The translations under genes were made by a program, and so were the position numbers. The notes under the pieces were generated by a model that searched no databases, had not been told where the DNA came from, and worked only from the letters and a program-made list of their open reading frames with translations. A stretch of DNA of 61,945 nucleotides from Bacillales bacterium. GTDB taxonomy: Bacteria; Bacillota_I; Bacilli_A; RFN20; CAG-449. Location: positions 1-61,945 of the forward strand of contig JAQXGN010000035.1 of assembly GCA_029006735.1 (NCBI GenBank), in the 5' to 3' direction. Positions 1 to 10,522 of this stretch are shown piece by piece (positions within the stretch are counted from its first letter, which is position 1; every line of letters begins with the position of its first letter).

Positions 1-919
1 TATTATATCTAAAGCTGTTTTTAATCATATAGGTAATGCTTTTATTGATGATAATAAAATGATTACTGATATATTATCTATGGATGGTAAAGTATCTTTA
101 TCTTCTTCACGAAATAGAAGAGATAAAGATTTTATTAAAGCGTTAAATACAATGCACGTACATTCGACTGAATTAGGTATTACTTTAGTTTCAGAGCCGA
201 TAGAAAATAAGACTAATGAAATACCTGTAGGACAAAAGATATTACAAACAATGGATTTAAGAGGAAAAGTAATTATTTGTGATGCATTAAATACTCAAAA
301 AGAATTAACTGAAATCATAACAAAATCTCATGGAGAATATGTTTTACCTGTTAAAGAAAATCAAAAAAATCTAAAAGATGACATTGAATTATACTTTAAA
401 GAGGGATTTGATAAGACTAAAGTCTTATATAAGAAAGAAAGAGATAAAGAATCATCTAAAATAGTTACAAGAGAGTATTATTTATCACCAGAAGTTAAGT
501 GGTGTTATGAAGTGGATAAATGGACCAATATCCAAGGTTTTGGAATGATTAAAAAAACAGTAGAAGACTTGATTACAAAAGAAATAAGTGAAGAAAAAAG
601 ATACTTTATTTCATCATTCAACGATTCAATAGAATTATTTTCTAGAGCTGTAAGAAATCATTGGTCGGTAGAAATAATGCATAGAGATTTAGATATGTTT
701 TTTGATGAAGACGATAATATGACTATAAGATCAAATGCATTATTAAATTTTAATACATTAAAGAAAGTAGTTTTATCAATATTAAAATTAGTTCAAGGAT
801 TTTATGGAGAACATTTTTCTAAAAACAGTATTAGACAAAGAATCAGTTATGGCTTTGGCAAAGAAATAGAAAGTATATTTAAATCTATTTCTTATTTAAT
901 TACTAAAAAGGCAAAATAA
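1..919 (+). CDS. ISAs1-family transposase (5' end outside window)
   Basis: Motifs ILSMDGK, KTNEIP, DALNTQ, VKENQKNL, RYFISS and RNHWSVE..H..LD..F.ED are typical of ISAs1/H-repeat transposases. The frame is open back to base 2. Confidence 0.92.
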   Translation, partial: IISKAVFNHIGNAFIDDNKMITDILSMDGKVSLSSSRNRRDKDFIKALNTMHVHSTELGITLVSEPIENKTNEIPVGQKILQTMDLRGKVIICDALNTQKELTEIITKSHGEYVLPVKENQKNLKDDIELYFKEGFDKTKVLYKKERDKESSKIVTREYYLSPEVKWCYEVDKWTNIQGFGMIKKTVEDLITKEISEEKRYFISSFNDSIELFSRAVRNHWSVEIMHRDLDMFFDEDDNMTIRSNALLNFNTLKKVVLSILKLVQGFYGEHFSKNSIRQRISYGFGKEIESIFKSISYLITKKAK

Positions 920-1058
920 GATATATGATGATTAATATTTTTACTTAATATATAGGGCTTAAGAATAACCATATTTCTAGCCAAAAGTTATATAAGTTCA
1001 AAAAAAGCATAAATTACTTTTGATTTTAACTTATTTACTAATTTATGCGTTTATTCTG
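1..1058 (+). mobile_element. Right part of an ISAs1-family insertion sequence
   Basis: Transposase plus TTATGCGTTTATTCTG at 1043-1058 (revcomp CAGAATAAACGCATAA), which resembles ISAs1-type CAG...AACGCAT terminal inverted repeats. The left end is not visible. Confidence 0.7.
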
Positions 1059-1093
1059 AGAAAACACTAAGGATAATTTAATATTATTATTGA

Positions 1094-1813
1094 TTAGTCA
1101 TGTAATTTTACATTATGATAAACAGCTTGAACATCTTCGCATTCTGAAAGCATAGCAAGTAATCCTTTAAATTTTTCTTCATCTTCAGGATCTAATTCTA
1201 CCCATTCATTTGGAATCATTTTAATTTCACATGTTGTAAATTCACTAATTCCCATTTCTGTTAATGCTTCTTTTGCTGTATTTAATGCTGTAGGAGCAGT
1301 ATATACAGAGATGAAATCTTCATCAATTTCTACAGAATTTACATCAACATCTGCCATGATTAATGTTTCTTCAACTTCATCACGATTTGTTCCTTCAAAT
1401 TCAATGACACCTGATTCTGTAAAATTAAAAGAAACTGAACCTGGGTTACCTAAGTGACCACCTTTCTTTGTAAAACATCCTCTTACTGCAACATATGCTC
1501 TGTTTGTATTATCAGTTAATGTATCAACAATAAGTGCAGATGCTCCTTGGCCAAATCCTTCATATCTACCTGCAGTATATGATTCTGCTGAACCACCTTT
1601 TGCCTTTTGAATAGCTCTTTCAATAACTTCTTTTGTAACATTTTGACCTTTCCATTTTTCAATCGCAGATCTTAATGCTAGGTTCATTGTTGGATCAGGT
1701 TCACCTGATTTTGCTGCCATATAGATTTCTTTTGAAGCTCTCATAAATAATGATGATCTTGCTGCTGCTGTTGCTGCCATCGCTTTAGCTCTAACTTCGT
1801 GTGCTCTACCCAT
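1094..1813 (-). CDS. yebC: YebC/PmpR family protein
   Basis: MGRAHEVR start, YEGFG, TLTDNTNR, EDVQAVYHN. Confidence 0.95.
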   Translation of the reverse strand: MGRAHEVRAKAMAATAAARSSLFMRASKEIYMAAKSGEPDPTMNLALRSAIEKWKGQNVTKEVIERAIQKAKGGSAESYTAGRYEGFGQGASALIVDTLTDNTNRAYVAVRGCFTKKGGHLGNPGSVSFNFTESGVIEFEGTNRDEVEETLIMADVDVNSVEIDEDFISVYTAPTALNTAKEALTEMGISEFTTCEIKMIPNEWVELDPEDEEKFKGLLAMLSECEDVQAVYHNVKLHD

Positions 1814-1846
1814 AAAATAAATCTCCTTAATTTATTGCCGTTAAAT

Positions 1847-1855
1847 ATTATATCA
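1847..1855 (-). promoter_or_regulatory. Putative extended -10 (TGaTATAAT) for yebC
   Basis: TGATATAAT on the minus strand about 35 nt upstream of the ATG. The same motif occurs before tsaE (29867-29875) and immediately upstream of the DUF402 gene. Confidence 0.5.
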
Positions 1856-1871
1856 CACTTTATTAAGAAAT

Positions 1872-3182
1872 CTACATTAATACTGATAGTAATTTGAATA
1901 TTTTTTGTCCAAGACGATATTTTTTTAACTCCTTTTTTTCAAATTCTTCACTATAAATAAGTGAATTAATCACATCGACGCTAAAAATGTTTTTATGACG
2001 ATATATCTGTTCTTTTCCATAGATTAATGCGGTTAATTCAAAATTATGATACATACTTCTTACATCTAAATTAACACTACCAATAGATAATTTTTCATCA
2101 TCTACTAATAAGGTTTTCGCATGAATAAAACCTTCATAGAAATATACTTTAGCGCCTAAATCAAATAATTCTTTAACGTACTCTAATGTACCAAAATATG
2201 GAATCAACTTATCATAAACACGTGGTATCATAATCTCAACTTTTACTTTATTGTGTAATGCCGTTTTTATTGCATTCATAATTCCAATATCAGGGACTAA
2301 ATAAGGGGTTTGAATTTGTATTAATGATTTTGCCCCATATATCCAACTCATATATGTTTCTTTTATTTTATTAAAATCATCTTTTGGACAAAAACTCACT
2401 AAATCAATTGGCAATATTCTATCAGAATATTTTTCTTTAATTAAATCAAGATTGTCTTCATACTGAATTGATTTTTTTGCAAAATTATAATCTTTTAAAA
2501 ATTCTTTTTGCAAAACATAGACGCATTCCCCTTTAATTTTGATTTGTGAGTCTCTCCAAGGAGTAATTCGAGGATGCTTAGATAAATATTCAATTCCTAA
2601 ATTAAAACCTCCCAAATAGCCTAATTTACCATCTATCACAATTATTTTCCGATGATTACGATAATTAAAATTTAATATTTTAAATATCCCTTTATAATAG
2701 GGATATACTTTACCACCTAATTTAATAAATTCTACAAATTGATTTCTATCATTAGTCAAATTTGCATTGGGATCATAGACAATTCTCACTTTTACTCCTT
2801 CTTTTAATTTCACATATAGTTCCTTCATTAACTCTTTTGTAAAACGATCATCTCTAAAAATATAGCTTTCAATATGAATAGTTGATTTTGCTTTTTTTAT
2901 TTCTTCCATTAAATCATCATAAAAAGATTTACCATCCGTAAAAATTTGTAAATGATTATATAATGTTAAAGTTTGATAATAATCTTCTTTTTTATAAAAA
3001 AATAACATTGGGCCACGACCAAAAAAGAAAAATAAAATCCAACCACCAATAGGAAAAATTAAAAATATACTAATCCAAATAAAAAGCGATCGATAATTCT
3101 TTTTTTCCACAAATATTAGATAGCAAATGAATAACACATTCATAATATTTACTAATATAGAAAAAGTAGTATTATCGATCAT
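1872..3182 (-). CDS. cls: Cardiolipin synthase (PLD family)
   Basis: Two N-terminal TM helices and two HKD motifs (NHRKIIVIDG, HAKTLLVDD). ATG 3182 preferred over TTG 3191. Confidence 0.92.
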   Translation of the reverse strand: MIDNTTFSILVNIMNVLFICYLIFVEKKNYRSLFIWISIFLIFPIGGWILFFFFGRGPMLFFYKKEDYYQTLTLYNHLQIFTDGKSFYDDLMEEIKKAKSTIHIESYIFRDDRFTKELMKELYVKLKEGVKVRIVYDPNANLTNDRNQFVEFIKLGGKVYPYYKGIFKILNFNYRNHRKIIVIDGKLGYLGGFNLGIEYLSKHPRITPWRDSQIKIKGECVYVLQKEFLKDYNFAKKSIQYEDNLDLIKEKYSDRILPIDLVSFCPKDDFNKIKETYMSWIYGAKSLIQIQTPYLVPDIGIMNAIKTALHNKVKVEIMIPRVYDKLIPYFGTLEYVKELFDLGAKVYFYEGFIHAKTLLVDDEKLSIGSVNLDVRSMYHNFELTALIYGKEQIYRHKNIFSVDVINSLIYSEEFEKKELKKYRLGQKIFKLLSVLM

Positions 3183-3187
3183 TAATA

Positions 3188-3973
3188 TCAAATCTCCAAT
3201 TTATTAACAAACTCAAGATTTAATTCTTTAATCATTTTATACCCGGCATCATTATTCAAAGAAGATAAATCTAATGGAGCATGAGCGTCTAGACCAAGAA
3301 TAATCTTACATCTATATTTTTTCACCATTTTCCAAAATTTATCATACGGATAAGGAAATCTATATTCATCTCCATAGATTTTCTTTCCTCTTCTTACACC
3401 ACCAAAATTAAACTCTAAAGGAACATCATACTTCTTACTTGCTTTTATAATCATTCTTGAACATTTTTGACAAGTATAATCCCATTTAACATATGAGCCC
3501 ATAAAACAATCTGGATGACAAACAAATTTATATAATCCTGTTTTCATTCCTCTTATTAATGATTTCGTATATCGAATAATATCATTCTTATTTGCTGCAC
3601 TAGAAAAGAATGCTTTTAGTTGATTATCTACTATCTCTAAATGATTACCTAAACATAAAAAATCAATCTTTTTACTATCTAATAATTCTCTATAATAAGA
3701 TTCATAATATGGTAAGGCCTCTGCTTCAAAGCCAAGATAAATTTTAATGCGATCTTTATATTTTTCTTTTAAAGCATTAATTGAATTCACATAGTCATCT
3801 AGCAAAGAATAATCACCTCTAATATTTGGTTGAGGGTGATCTTTTAACATAATATGATCGCTAAATCCGAGTTCGCTTAGCCCCATCGCAATTGCTTCTA
3901 AAACGTATTCTTCATCTTCACCAAAAGCATGGCCACAACGAACGGTATGAGTATGATAATTATTCTTAATCAT
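3188..3973 (-). CDS. PHP-domain histidinol-phosphatase-like (HisJ family) phosphatase
   Basis: NYHTHTxRCGHA, GFSDH, HPD, GLDAH. ATG 3973 follows an SD-like GAAGGAG. Confidence 0.88.
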   Translation of the reverse strand: MIKNNYHTHTVRCGHAFGEDEEYVLEAIAMGLSELGFSDHIMLKDHPQPNIRGDYSLLDDYVNSINALKEKYKDRIKIYLGFEAEALPYYESYYRELLDSKKIDFLCLGNHLEIVDNQLKAFFSSAANKNDIIRYTKSLIRGMKTGLYKFVCHPDCFMGSYVKWDYTCQKCSRMIIKASKKYDVPLEFNFGGVRRGKKIYGDEYRFPYPYDKFWKMVKKYRCKIILGLDAHAPLDLSSLNNDAGYKMIKELNLEFVNKLEI

Positions 3974-4709
3974 AATCTTCTCCTTCATAATCAACTTCAA
4001 CTAAATATAAACCTTCTGCAGGTGCTTTATAACGAACTCGACACATTTGTTCTGTATTTATTAATTCCTCAACATCTTTTAATGGAATCTTTTTTAATCC
4101 TAATTCAATTATCGTACCCATAATCATCCTGACCATGTATCTTCTAAATCCATTCCCTTTTATATTAAAAACAAATAGACCATCTTTTTCTTCTACATCA
4201 AAAGAATAGATTTTTCTAACAAAATCTTCATCATTTGTACAGAAATTATGAAAATCATGTTCTCCTAAAAATAGTTTCATTCCTTCTTTCATTAAATCAA
4301 TATCTAATGGCTTTTTAACAGTATAAACGAAATCAATTAAAAATGGAGAAGGCTCTTTTAAAGAGACGATATACCGATATGTTTTTGATTTAGCTAAATA
4401 ACGAGAATGAAACTCCTCATCGACTTTTTCTAAAGAAATAACATGGATATCTTTTGGTAATAAACAGTTGAGCGAATATCTTAAACGATATAAAGACATT
4501 TCTTGAGCAATATCAAAATGAATTACTTGCCCTAAAGCATGAACACCTTTATCTGTTCTTCCAGAAGCAGAAATTTTGATATCTTCATGAAAAATCTTAT
4601 TTAAAACATCTTCAAATTCTTTTTGAACGCTTCTTAATTTTTCATTCTTTTGAATTTGGAATCCATAAAATGAAGTTCCCTTATAAGAAATAATCGCTTT
4701 AATTCTCAT
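3966..4709 (-). CDS. truA: tRNA pseudouridine(38-40) synthase
   Basis: SYxGxxFYGFQ, SGRTDKGVHA, HDF, MVR, APAEGLYL. Confidence 0.96.
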   Translation of the reverse strand: MRIKAIISYKGTSFYGFQIQKNEKLRSVQKEFEDVLNKIFHEDIKISASGRTDKGVHALGQVIHFDIAQEMSLYRLRYSLNCLLPKDIHVISLEKVDEEFHSRYLAKSKTYRYIVSLKEPSPFLIDFVYTVKKPLDIDLMKEGMKLFLGEHDFHNFCTNDEDFVRKIYSFDVEEKDGLFVFNIKGNGFRRYMVRMIMGTIIELGLKKIPLKDVEELINTEQMCRVRYKAPAEGLYLVEVDYEGEDYD

Positions 4710-4718
4710 AAAAATCAC

Positions 4719-5669
4719 CTAAAACAATGAAGTAATCCAATTAACTAAAAGGGCTAGTACATCAATATGCAATGCGCTTAAAGTGATAATTCCACCAAGT
4801 AAAATAACGACAAATAATAAAGTGAAAGTATCACGTAAATGCCACTTATTAATACGATATTTTGTTCTTTTTGCACCTGGATTATATCCTCTTGCTTCCA
4901 TTGCGTTTGCAAGTTCTTCACTTCTTTGGAAAGCGGAGATAAATAAAGGGACGATTAAAGAAATAACTGCACGAATTTTTTCAATTAATTTACCATGTTC
5001 AAAATCAACACCTCTACTTGCTTGTGCTTTCATTATTCTTTCAGTTTCTTCTAATAAAGTTGGAATGAATCTTAAAGCAAGAGAGATAGTCATTGCGATT
5101 TCATGAGCAGGAAAATGAATTACTTTTAGTGGAGACATCATCCATTCTAACGCATTAGTAATCTCTAATGGTTTAGTTGTTGAAGTCAAAACTAACGTTA
5201 ATCCAAACATGATAATTAATCTAAAGACAATATAAATTGTGTTAAATAACGATGAATAATATATCTTAAAATCTTTAAATACGACAAAATAAGGATCAAT
5301 TGAAAAATTAGATAAAATGTAAAAAGCATTTTCATTACTTCTCGGAACTAAAATGTTAATAATTAATAGGAATATGAGCATAACCCACATTGCTTTCAAT
5401 TGTCCAAATAACATCTTTAAAGAAACATGAGAAATACGCATGATGATATAAATAAAAATAAATAAAAGGAAGTATACTGCAAAATTAAGTCCAACTAAAT
5501 CAACTGTAATTGTTTTTACTACACCATCTTCTAAAATATCGACATTCGCAGTAAATTTAATAAATATTGCAACAAGCAAAAGAATCATCGAGAAAATTTT
5601 TACACGTGGATCTAATCGATGAACAAAGGAATTATATGGAACATATTTACCTAGAGTAATATTCTTCAT
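4719..5669 (-). CDS. ecfT: ECF transporter T component
   Basis: LDPRVK, ALRFIPTL, AQASRG, AMEARGY. Confidence 0.95.
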   Translation of the reverse strand: MKNITLGKYVPYNSFVHRLDPRVKIFSMILLLVAIFIKFTANVDILEDGVVKTITVDLVGLNFAVYFLLFIFIYIIMRISHVSLKMLFGQLKAMWVMLIFLLIINILVPRSNENAFYILSNFSIDPYFVVFKDFKIYYSSLFNTIYIVFRLIIMFGLTLVLTSTTKPLEITNALEWMMSPLKVIHFPAHEIAMTISLALRFIPTLLEETERIMKAQASRGVDFEHGKLIEKIRAVISLIVPLFISAFQRSEELANAMEARGYNPGAKRTKYRINKWHLRDTFTLLFVVILLGGIITLSALHIDVLALLVNWITSLF

Positions 5670-6598
5670 AGACTACCTCCAGATATTTCTTTTTTATTAG
5701 ATGCTATTTCATCCGCTAAAGATTCAACATCTTTAATTTTTGATAAATCAAGATGGTATCCTTTTTTATTTAATTCTTTTGCAAAATGAATACATTTTGG
5801 TTCTTCAATGCATAGTAAAGAAATCATATTCTCATCTAAGAATAATTCGTATGGTTGACATTCTTTTAAGACTTTTCCTTTACCTAAAACAACAACATCA
5901 CTACCATATTTTATTACATTATCCATATCATGAGTAACCATGATAACTGTTGTACCATTTTGATGAATCTTTTTAAATAAATCCATCATTTCTTGACATC
6001 CTTGAGGATCTAATCCTGCAGTTGGTTCATCTAAAATCAAAACATCAGGCTTTAAAGAAATAATACCCGCGATTGCAACACGGCGTTTTTGTCCACCGGA
6101 TAATTCAAAAGGACTTTTTTCAAATAATTCTTCATTTAATCCAACTAAGTTTAATGCATTCTTTGCTAATTCAATAGCTTCTTCATCTTTATAGCCAAAG
6201 TTTTTAGGACCAAAAGCAACATCCTTAAGTACAGTTTCTTCAAATAATTGATATTCTGGAAATTGAAATACTAAACCAACATTTTTTCTTAATAATTTAA
6301 TGTCTTCTAATTTCTTTAATTCTTCTTTAGTTAATTTATTTTTTCTACGATTTTTCTTAATAGTTTTAGTATCATTTTTACTAGCCACAATAAAACCATT
6401 AACATCAACTTGTCCACTAGTTGGAATAAGTAAAGCGTTAATTTGTTGAATCAAGGTTGATTTACCTGATCCAGTATGACCAACAATACAAGTAAATGAA
6501 TGATCTTTAATTTCCAAATTAATATCTTCTAATGCGATAGAAGCAAATGGAGTAGATGGAGAATAAATATAATTTAAATGAGAAAATTTTATAGGCAT
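5666..6598 (-). CDS. ecfA2: ECF transporter ATPase A2
   Basis: GHTGSGKST, FQFPEYQLFEETV, SPFELSGGQ, DEPTAGLDP. Confidence 0.95.
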   Translation of the reverse strand: MPIKFSHLNYIYSPSTPFASIALEDINLEIKDHSFTCIVGHTGSGKSTLIQQINALLIPTSGQVDVNGFIVASKNDTKTIKKNRRKNKLTKEELKKLEDIKLLRKNVGLVFQFPEYQLFEETVLKDVAFGPKNFGYKDEEAIELAKNALNLVGLNEELFEKSPFELSGGQKRRVAIAGIISLKPDVLILDEPTAGLDPQGCQEMMDLFKKIHQNGTTVIMVTHDMDNVIKYGSDVVVLGKGKVLKECQPYELFLDENMISLLCIEEPKCIHFAKELNKKGYHLDLSKIKDVESLADEIASNKKEISGGSL

Positions 6599-7404
6599 AA
6601 TTCATTCACCATCTCTTTCTCATCAATAGTATCAATAGAAATACCATTTCTTTTTAATTCATTTCTTAATTGAAATACAAAAGGGACACTTAAATTCATT
6701 AAAGATAATTCCTTTTCATGTGCAAAAACATTATTTGGAGTATCATTAAAAACTATACTACCATGATTAATGCAAATTACTCGATCCGAGTCAAAAGCTT
6801 CTTCGATATCATGAGTAATTGATAAAACCGTCAAATTTGGATTTTCACTTCTTAAACTTTTTACAATATCACGAATTTCTTTTTTTCCTTTAGGATCTAA
6901 CATTGCAGTTGATTCATCCATAATAATTAATTCTGGTTGCATTGCTAAAACTCCAGCTATTGCAACTCTTTGTTTTTGCCCACCAGAAAGAGCAGTTGGT
7001 TCTTTATCAAGAAATTTTTCCATACCAACTTTTGTTGCATATTTTAATATGATTTCATCCATTTCTTCTGTCTTTACACATTTATTTTCAAGTCCAAAAG
7101 CAATATCATCCGCGACAGTTGCCCCAGTAAATTGGTTATCTGGATTTTGAAAAACAATACCCATCTTACTTCTTAATTCATAAACATTTTCTTCATTAAG
7201 TTCTTTACCAAATATTTCAATCTTTCCACTACTAGCCTCTAGTAAACCAATAATCAATTTCGCTAGTGTCGATTTACCAGATCCATTATGACCTATAATC
7301 GCGACATATTCTCCTTTTTCAACATGTAAAGAAAGGTCATTAAAAATAGGCGTTTTTTTATCATATCCAAAGCATAAATTTGTAATCTTTATCGCATGAT
7401 CCAT
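6589..7404 (-). CDS. ecfA1: ECF transporter ATPase A1
   Basis: GHNGSGKST, FQNPDNQF, LSGGQKQR, DESTAMLDP. Confidence 0.95.
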   Translation of the reverse strand: MDHAIKITNLCFGYDKKTPIFNDLSLHVEKGEYVAIIGHNGSGKSTLAKLIIGLLEASSGKIEIFGKELNEENVYELRSKMGIVFQNPDNQFTGATVADDIAFGLENKCVKTEEMDEIILKYATKVGMEKFLDKEPTALSGGQKQRVAIAGVLAMQPELIIMDESTAMLDPKGKKEIRDIVKSLRSENPNLTVLSITHDIEEAFDSDRVICINHGSIVFNDTPNNVFAHEKELSLMNLSVPFVFQLRNELKRNGISIDTIDEKEMVNELCL

Positions 7405-7406
7405 AC

Positions 7407-7646
7407 TTATTTTTTTTCTTCCTTTTTTCTTTTTTGACTTTCTCTTCTTAAGACAATATAAAAACTAAACCAGTAAATTACAGTAATAGAACCAATAATT
7501 ACACCCCATACAACGCCATTTTTAGTTTGAGTGCCCCCAATAACTCCTGCCGCTGTACCTATTATCATAAAATAAATCAAAAGAAGAATAATAAATCTTC
7601 TTTTACTTGCAGTTTTTCTTTTTGCTTCATTTAAATTATCTGCCAT
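7407..7646 (-). CDS. Small two-TM hypothetical membrane protein
   Basis: 79 aa with two hydrophobic segments and basic ends. 2-nt gaps to both neighbours, SD GGAGG upstream. Confidence 0.75.
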   Translation of the reverse strand: MADNLNEAKRKTASKRRFIILLLIYFMIIGTAAGVIGGTQTKNGVVWGVIIGSITVIYWFSFYIVLRRESQKRKKEEKK

Positions 7647-7648
7647 AA

Positions 7649-8140
7649 CTATTTATCCTCCTGAAAATCAATAATAGGAGTTTTTCCTTCATATCTACGA
7701 TATTTTACACCTGCTAAATCAAACATTCTTTTACTTGCTATTGAAGAAAGAGAATCACAATATTTATCATCAGCATAAATAACTTCTTTAATTCCTGATT
7801 GAATAATTGCTTTAGCACATTCATTACATGGGAACAATGTAACATAAATCCTACCATCTTCTAATGATGTAGGAGAATTTAATATAGCGTTAAATTCAGC
7901 ATGGCAAACATAAAAATACTTTGTTTCAAGTGGATTATCTCCTTCCCTATCCCAAGGCATTTCATCATCATCACAACCAATAGGCATACCATTATATCCC
8001 ATAGTTAAAACTTTGTTTTTTCTTGAAGCGACACATGCGCCTACTTGAGTAGAAGGATCTTTACTTCTTTTGCTAGATAAAGCAGCAACTCCCATAAAAT
8101 ATTCATCCCATGAAATATAATCTTTTCTTTGATTTGCCAT
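7649..8140 (-). CDS. dCMP deaminase
   Basis: SWDEYFM, RSKDPSTQVGA, HAE, PCNEC zinc motif. Confidence 0.94.
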   Translation of the reverse strand: MANQRKDYISWDEYFMGVAALSSKRSKDPSTQVGACVASRKNKVLTMGYNGMPIGCDDDEMPWDREGDNPLETKYFYVCHAEFNAILNSPTSLEDGRIYVTLFPCNECAKAIIQSGIKEVIYADDKYCDSLSSIASKRMFDLAGVKYRRYEGKTPIIDFQEDK

Positions 8141-8237
8141 AACTAATCTCCTCTAAATCAATTATTCTTATTATACATAATTTTATTTTAAAATTAAAAT
8201 AAATCGTATGTATTATCAAAATATAGCCAATAAAAAG

Positions 8238-8272
8238 AAAAAAAACTACCGAGATTTTATTCTCTCGATAGT
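8238..8272 (-). terminator. Intrinsic terminator after rplQ
   Basis: Stem ACTATCGAGA/TCTCGGTAGT followed by a T-run on the minus strand. Confidence 0.8.
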
Positions 8273-8289
8273 AATTTTAATAAATTTAA

Positions 8290-8694
8290 TTATTTAACAA
8301 AAGAGACGATTGCCATAGGTGCATTATCACCTTTTCTATTTGCAACCTTTAAAACTCTTGTATAACCGCCATTACGATCTTTATAAGATGGTGCGATTTC
8401 ATTAAATAATTTTTGTAATGCTGTAACAGTATGTTTGTCATCTGCCCAAACATCACGAACTGTAGCTGCTGCTAATCTTCTAGCATGTAAGTCGCCTCTT
8501 TTACCAAATGTTACCATTTTATCAGCAAGAGCAACTAAATCACGAGCTGTAGATAATGTTACTGTAACACTTCCACAAACGATTAAATCAGTAACAAGTG
8601 TTCTTAACATTGATTTATATTTGCTTGTTGTAAAAGCTGCCTTTGTTCTTACGCCGCCTTTACCATGAACATTTTTACGTCCTTGAGTTTTCAT
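8290..8694 (-). CDS. rplQ: 50S ribosomal protein L17 (divergent N-terminus)
   Basis: GDLHARR, LQKLF, RNGGYTR, RKGDNAPMA; follows rpoA. Confidence 0.95.
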   Translation of the reverse strand: MKTQGRKNVHGKGGVRTKAAFTTSKYKSMLRTLVTDLIVCGSVTVTLSTARDLVALADKMVTFGKRGDLHARRLAAATVRDVWADDKHTVTALQKLFNEIAPSYKDRNGGYTRVLKVANRKGDNAPMAIVSFVK

Positions 8695-8705
8695 TTCCGG
8701 TCCTC

Positions 8706-9659
8706 CTATTCATTATAATCTCTGAAGCCAAGACCAATTGCTTGTAATTTTTCTTTAACTTCTTTTAATGATTTCTTACCAAGATTTCTGACTTTCATCA
8801 TATCTTCTTCTGTTCTTTGTGTTAATTCAATAACATTAGAGATATTTGCTCTTCTTAAGCAATTGAATGAACGGACTGATAAATCTAATTCCTCAATCGT
8901 CATATCTTGATATTTATTTTTTGGTTCTTCTACAGTTTCAGCAAGAATATCTTCTGAAGTAGCAATTTCGCTTAATTCAACAAATAAATTGAAGTGTTGT
9001 ACTAAAATCTTTGCTGCTAAAGCAATTGCTTCTTGTGGTAACATTGCACCATTTGTGAAAATTTCCATATCAAGTTTATCATAATTGTTATCATGACCAA
9101 CTCTAGTTTGTTCAACATTATATGATACTTTTGTAATAGGTGAATAATTTGAATCTGTTGGAATAACTCCTCTTGGGAAAGAATCTGATTTATTTCCTTC
9201 TGAAGTAACATATCCTCTACCATTCTTGACATAAATTGTCATGAATAATTTTCCACCTTCACCAACATGAGCTAAAACTAAGTCTTTATTAACAATTTCT
9301 ACACCAGTAGGGCAAACAATATCAGCTGCTGTAACTTCTTTAGCAGTTTCAACGTGAATACTACATTTATATGATGGTTCTAAATCGTTATCAATTTTAA
9401 TAACTAAATCTTTTAATGCTAAGATAATTGAAGTGACATCTTCTTCAACACCGTCTAATGATGAGAATTCATGACGTGCACCTTCTACTTCAATTGCATA
9501 AACACTAGCGCCAGGTAATGAAGAAAGAAGAACTCTTCTTAATGCGTTACCAAGAGTAATACCGAATCCTCTTTCGAGTGGTTCAATAACAAAATGGCCA
9601 TAGTTTGTTGATTTATCATATGTAGCAATCTTAAATTCTGGTTTTTCAAATTTTTTCAT
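8706..9659 (-). CDS. rpoA: RNA polymerase alpha subunit
   Basis: EPLERGFGITLGNALRRVLLSS, IEELDLSVRSFNCL. Confidence 0.99.
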   Translation of the reverse strand: MKKFEKPEFKIATYDKSTNYGHFVIEPLERGFGITLGNALRRVLLSSLPGASVYAIEVEGARHEFSSLDGVEEDVTSIILALKDLVIKIDNDLEPSYKCSIHVETAKEVTAADIVCPTGVEIVNKDLVLAHVGEGGKLFMTIYVKNGRGYVTSEGNKSDSFPRGVIPTDSNYSPITKVSYNVEQTRVGHDNNYDKLDMEIFTNGAMLPQEAIALAAKILVQHFNLFVELSEIATSEDILAETVEEPKNKYQDMTIEELDLSVRSFNCLRRANISNVIELTQRTEEDMMKVRNLGKKSLKEVKEKLQAIGLGFRDYNE

Positions 9660-9717
9660 AGCGTTCCTCCCGGGTATCTAAATTTGATTGTGTTAGTATA
9701 ATACTAATTTATTACAA

Positions 9718-10110
9718 CTAACCACGTGGGCGCTTTGGTGGGCGGCAACCATTGTGTGGGATTGGAGTTGTATCTGTAATAGTTTGGATTTGTAAACCTG
9801 CTGCGGCTAATGATCTTAATGCAGATTCACGACCTGGGCCTGGGCCTTTGACTTCTACGTCAATTGTTTTTAATCCTTGATCTAATGCAACTTTAGCACA
9901 TGCTTCTGAAGCTAATTGAGCTGCGAATGGAGTGGATTTTTTTGCACCTTTGAATCCTAATGCACCAGCACTTGACCATGCGATTGCATTACCTGCTTCA
10001 TCAGTGATTGTTACGATTGTGTTATTAAAGGTAGAGTGAATGTGTGCAATACCTTTAGTATAAGCTCTTTTAATTTTTTTCTTACGAGCTACTGGTTTCT
10101 TTGCTGCCAT
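9718..10110 (-). CDS. rpsK: 30S ribosomal protein S11
   Basis: [25 protein letters not shown]. Confidence 0.99.
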   Translation of the reverse strand: MAAKKPVARKKKIKRAYTKGIAHIHSTFNNTIVTITDEAGNAIAWSSAGALGFKGAKKSTPFAAQLASEACAKVALDQGLKTIDVEVKGPGPGRESALRSLAAAGLQIQTITDTTPIPHNGCRPPKRPRG

Positions 10111-10128
10111 ATTTATCTCTCCTTCCTA

Positions 10129-10503
10129 TTATTTACTTGCTACTTTCTTATTAGCAATTGTTTTTCTTGGGCCTTTACATGTACGTGCGTTATTCTTTGT
10201 GCCTTGTCCACGACATGGTAAACCTTTTCTATGTCTTAAGCCACGGTAACATCCTATTTCTTCTAATCTCTTAATATTTAAAGCGACTTCTCTACGGAGT
10301 TCACCTTCTGTTTTTACTTTTGTTAATTCGTTACGAATTGCAGTAATTTGTTCTTCTGTTAAATCTTTAACTCTGATTGTTGCATCAACATTAGCGTCTG
10401 CACATGCTTTTTTAGCAGTTTGTAAACCGACACCATAAATGTATGTTAATGAGTATGCAACTTGTTTATCATTTGGAATATCTACACCTAAAATACGTGC
10501 CAT
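10129..10503 (-). CDS. rpsM: 30S ribosomal protein S13
   Basis: [20 protein letters not shown]. Confidence 0.99.
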   Translation of the reverse strand: MARILGVDIPNDKQVAYSLTYIYGVGLQTAKKACADANVDATIRVKDLTEEQITAIRNELTKVKTEGELRREVALNIKRLEEIGCYRGLRHRKGLPCRGQGTKNNARTCKGPRKTIANKKVASK

Positions 10504-10522
10504 ATTTCATTTCCTCCTTAAA

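Noticed and set aside
2649-2651. CGG-to-Trp/Gln reassignment
   Set aside because: CGG encodes the conserved Arg of the cardiolipin synthase NHRK motif.
4128-4130. AGG-to-Met reassignment, reported for some uncultured Bacilli
   Set aside because: AGG encodes the conserved Arg of the TruA MVR motif here. Only this one diagnostic site was checked.
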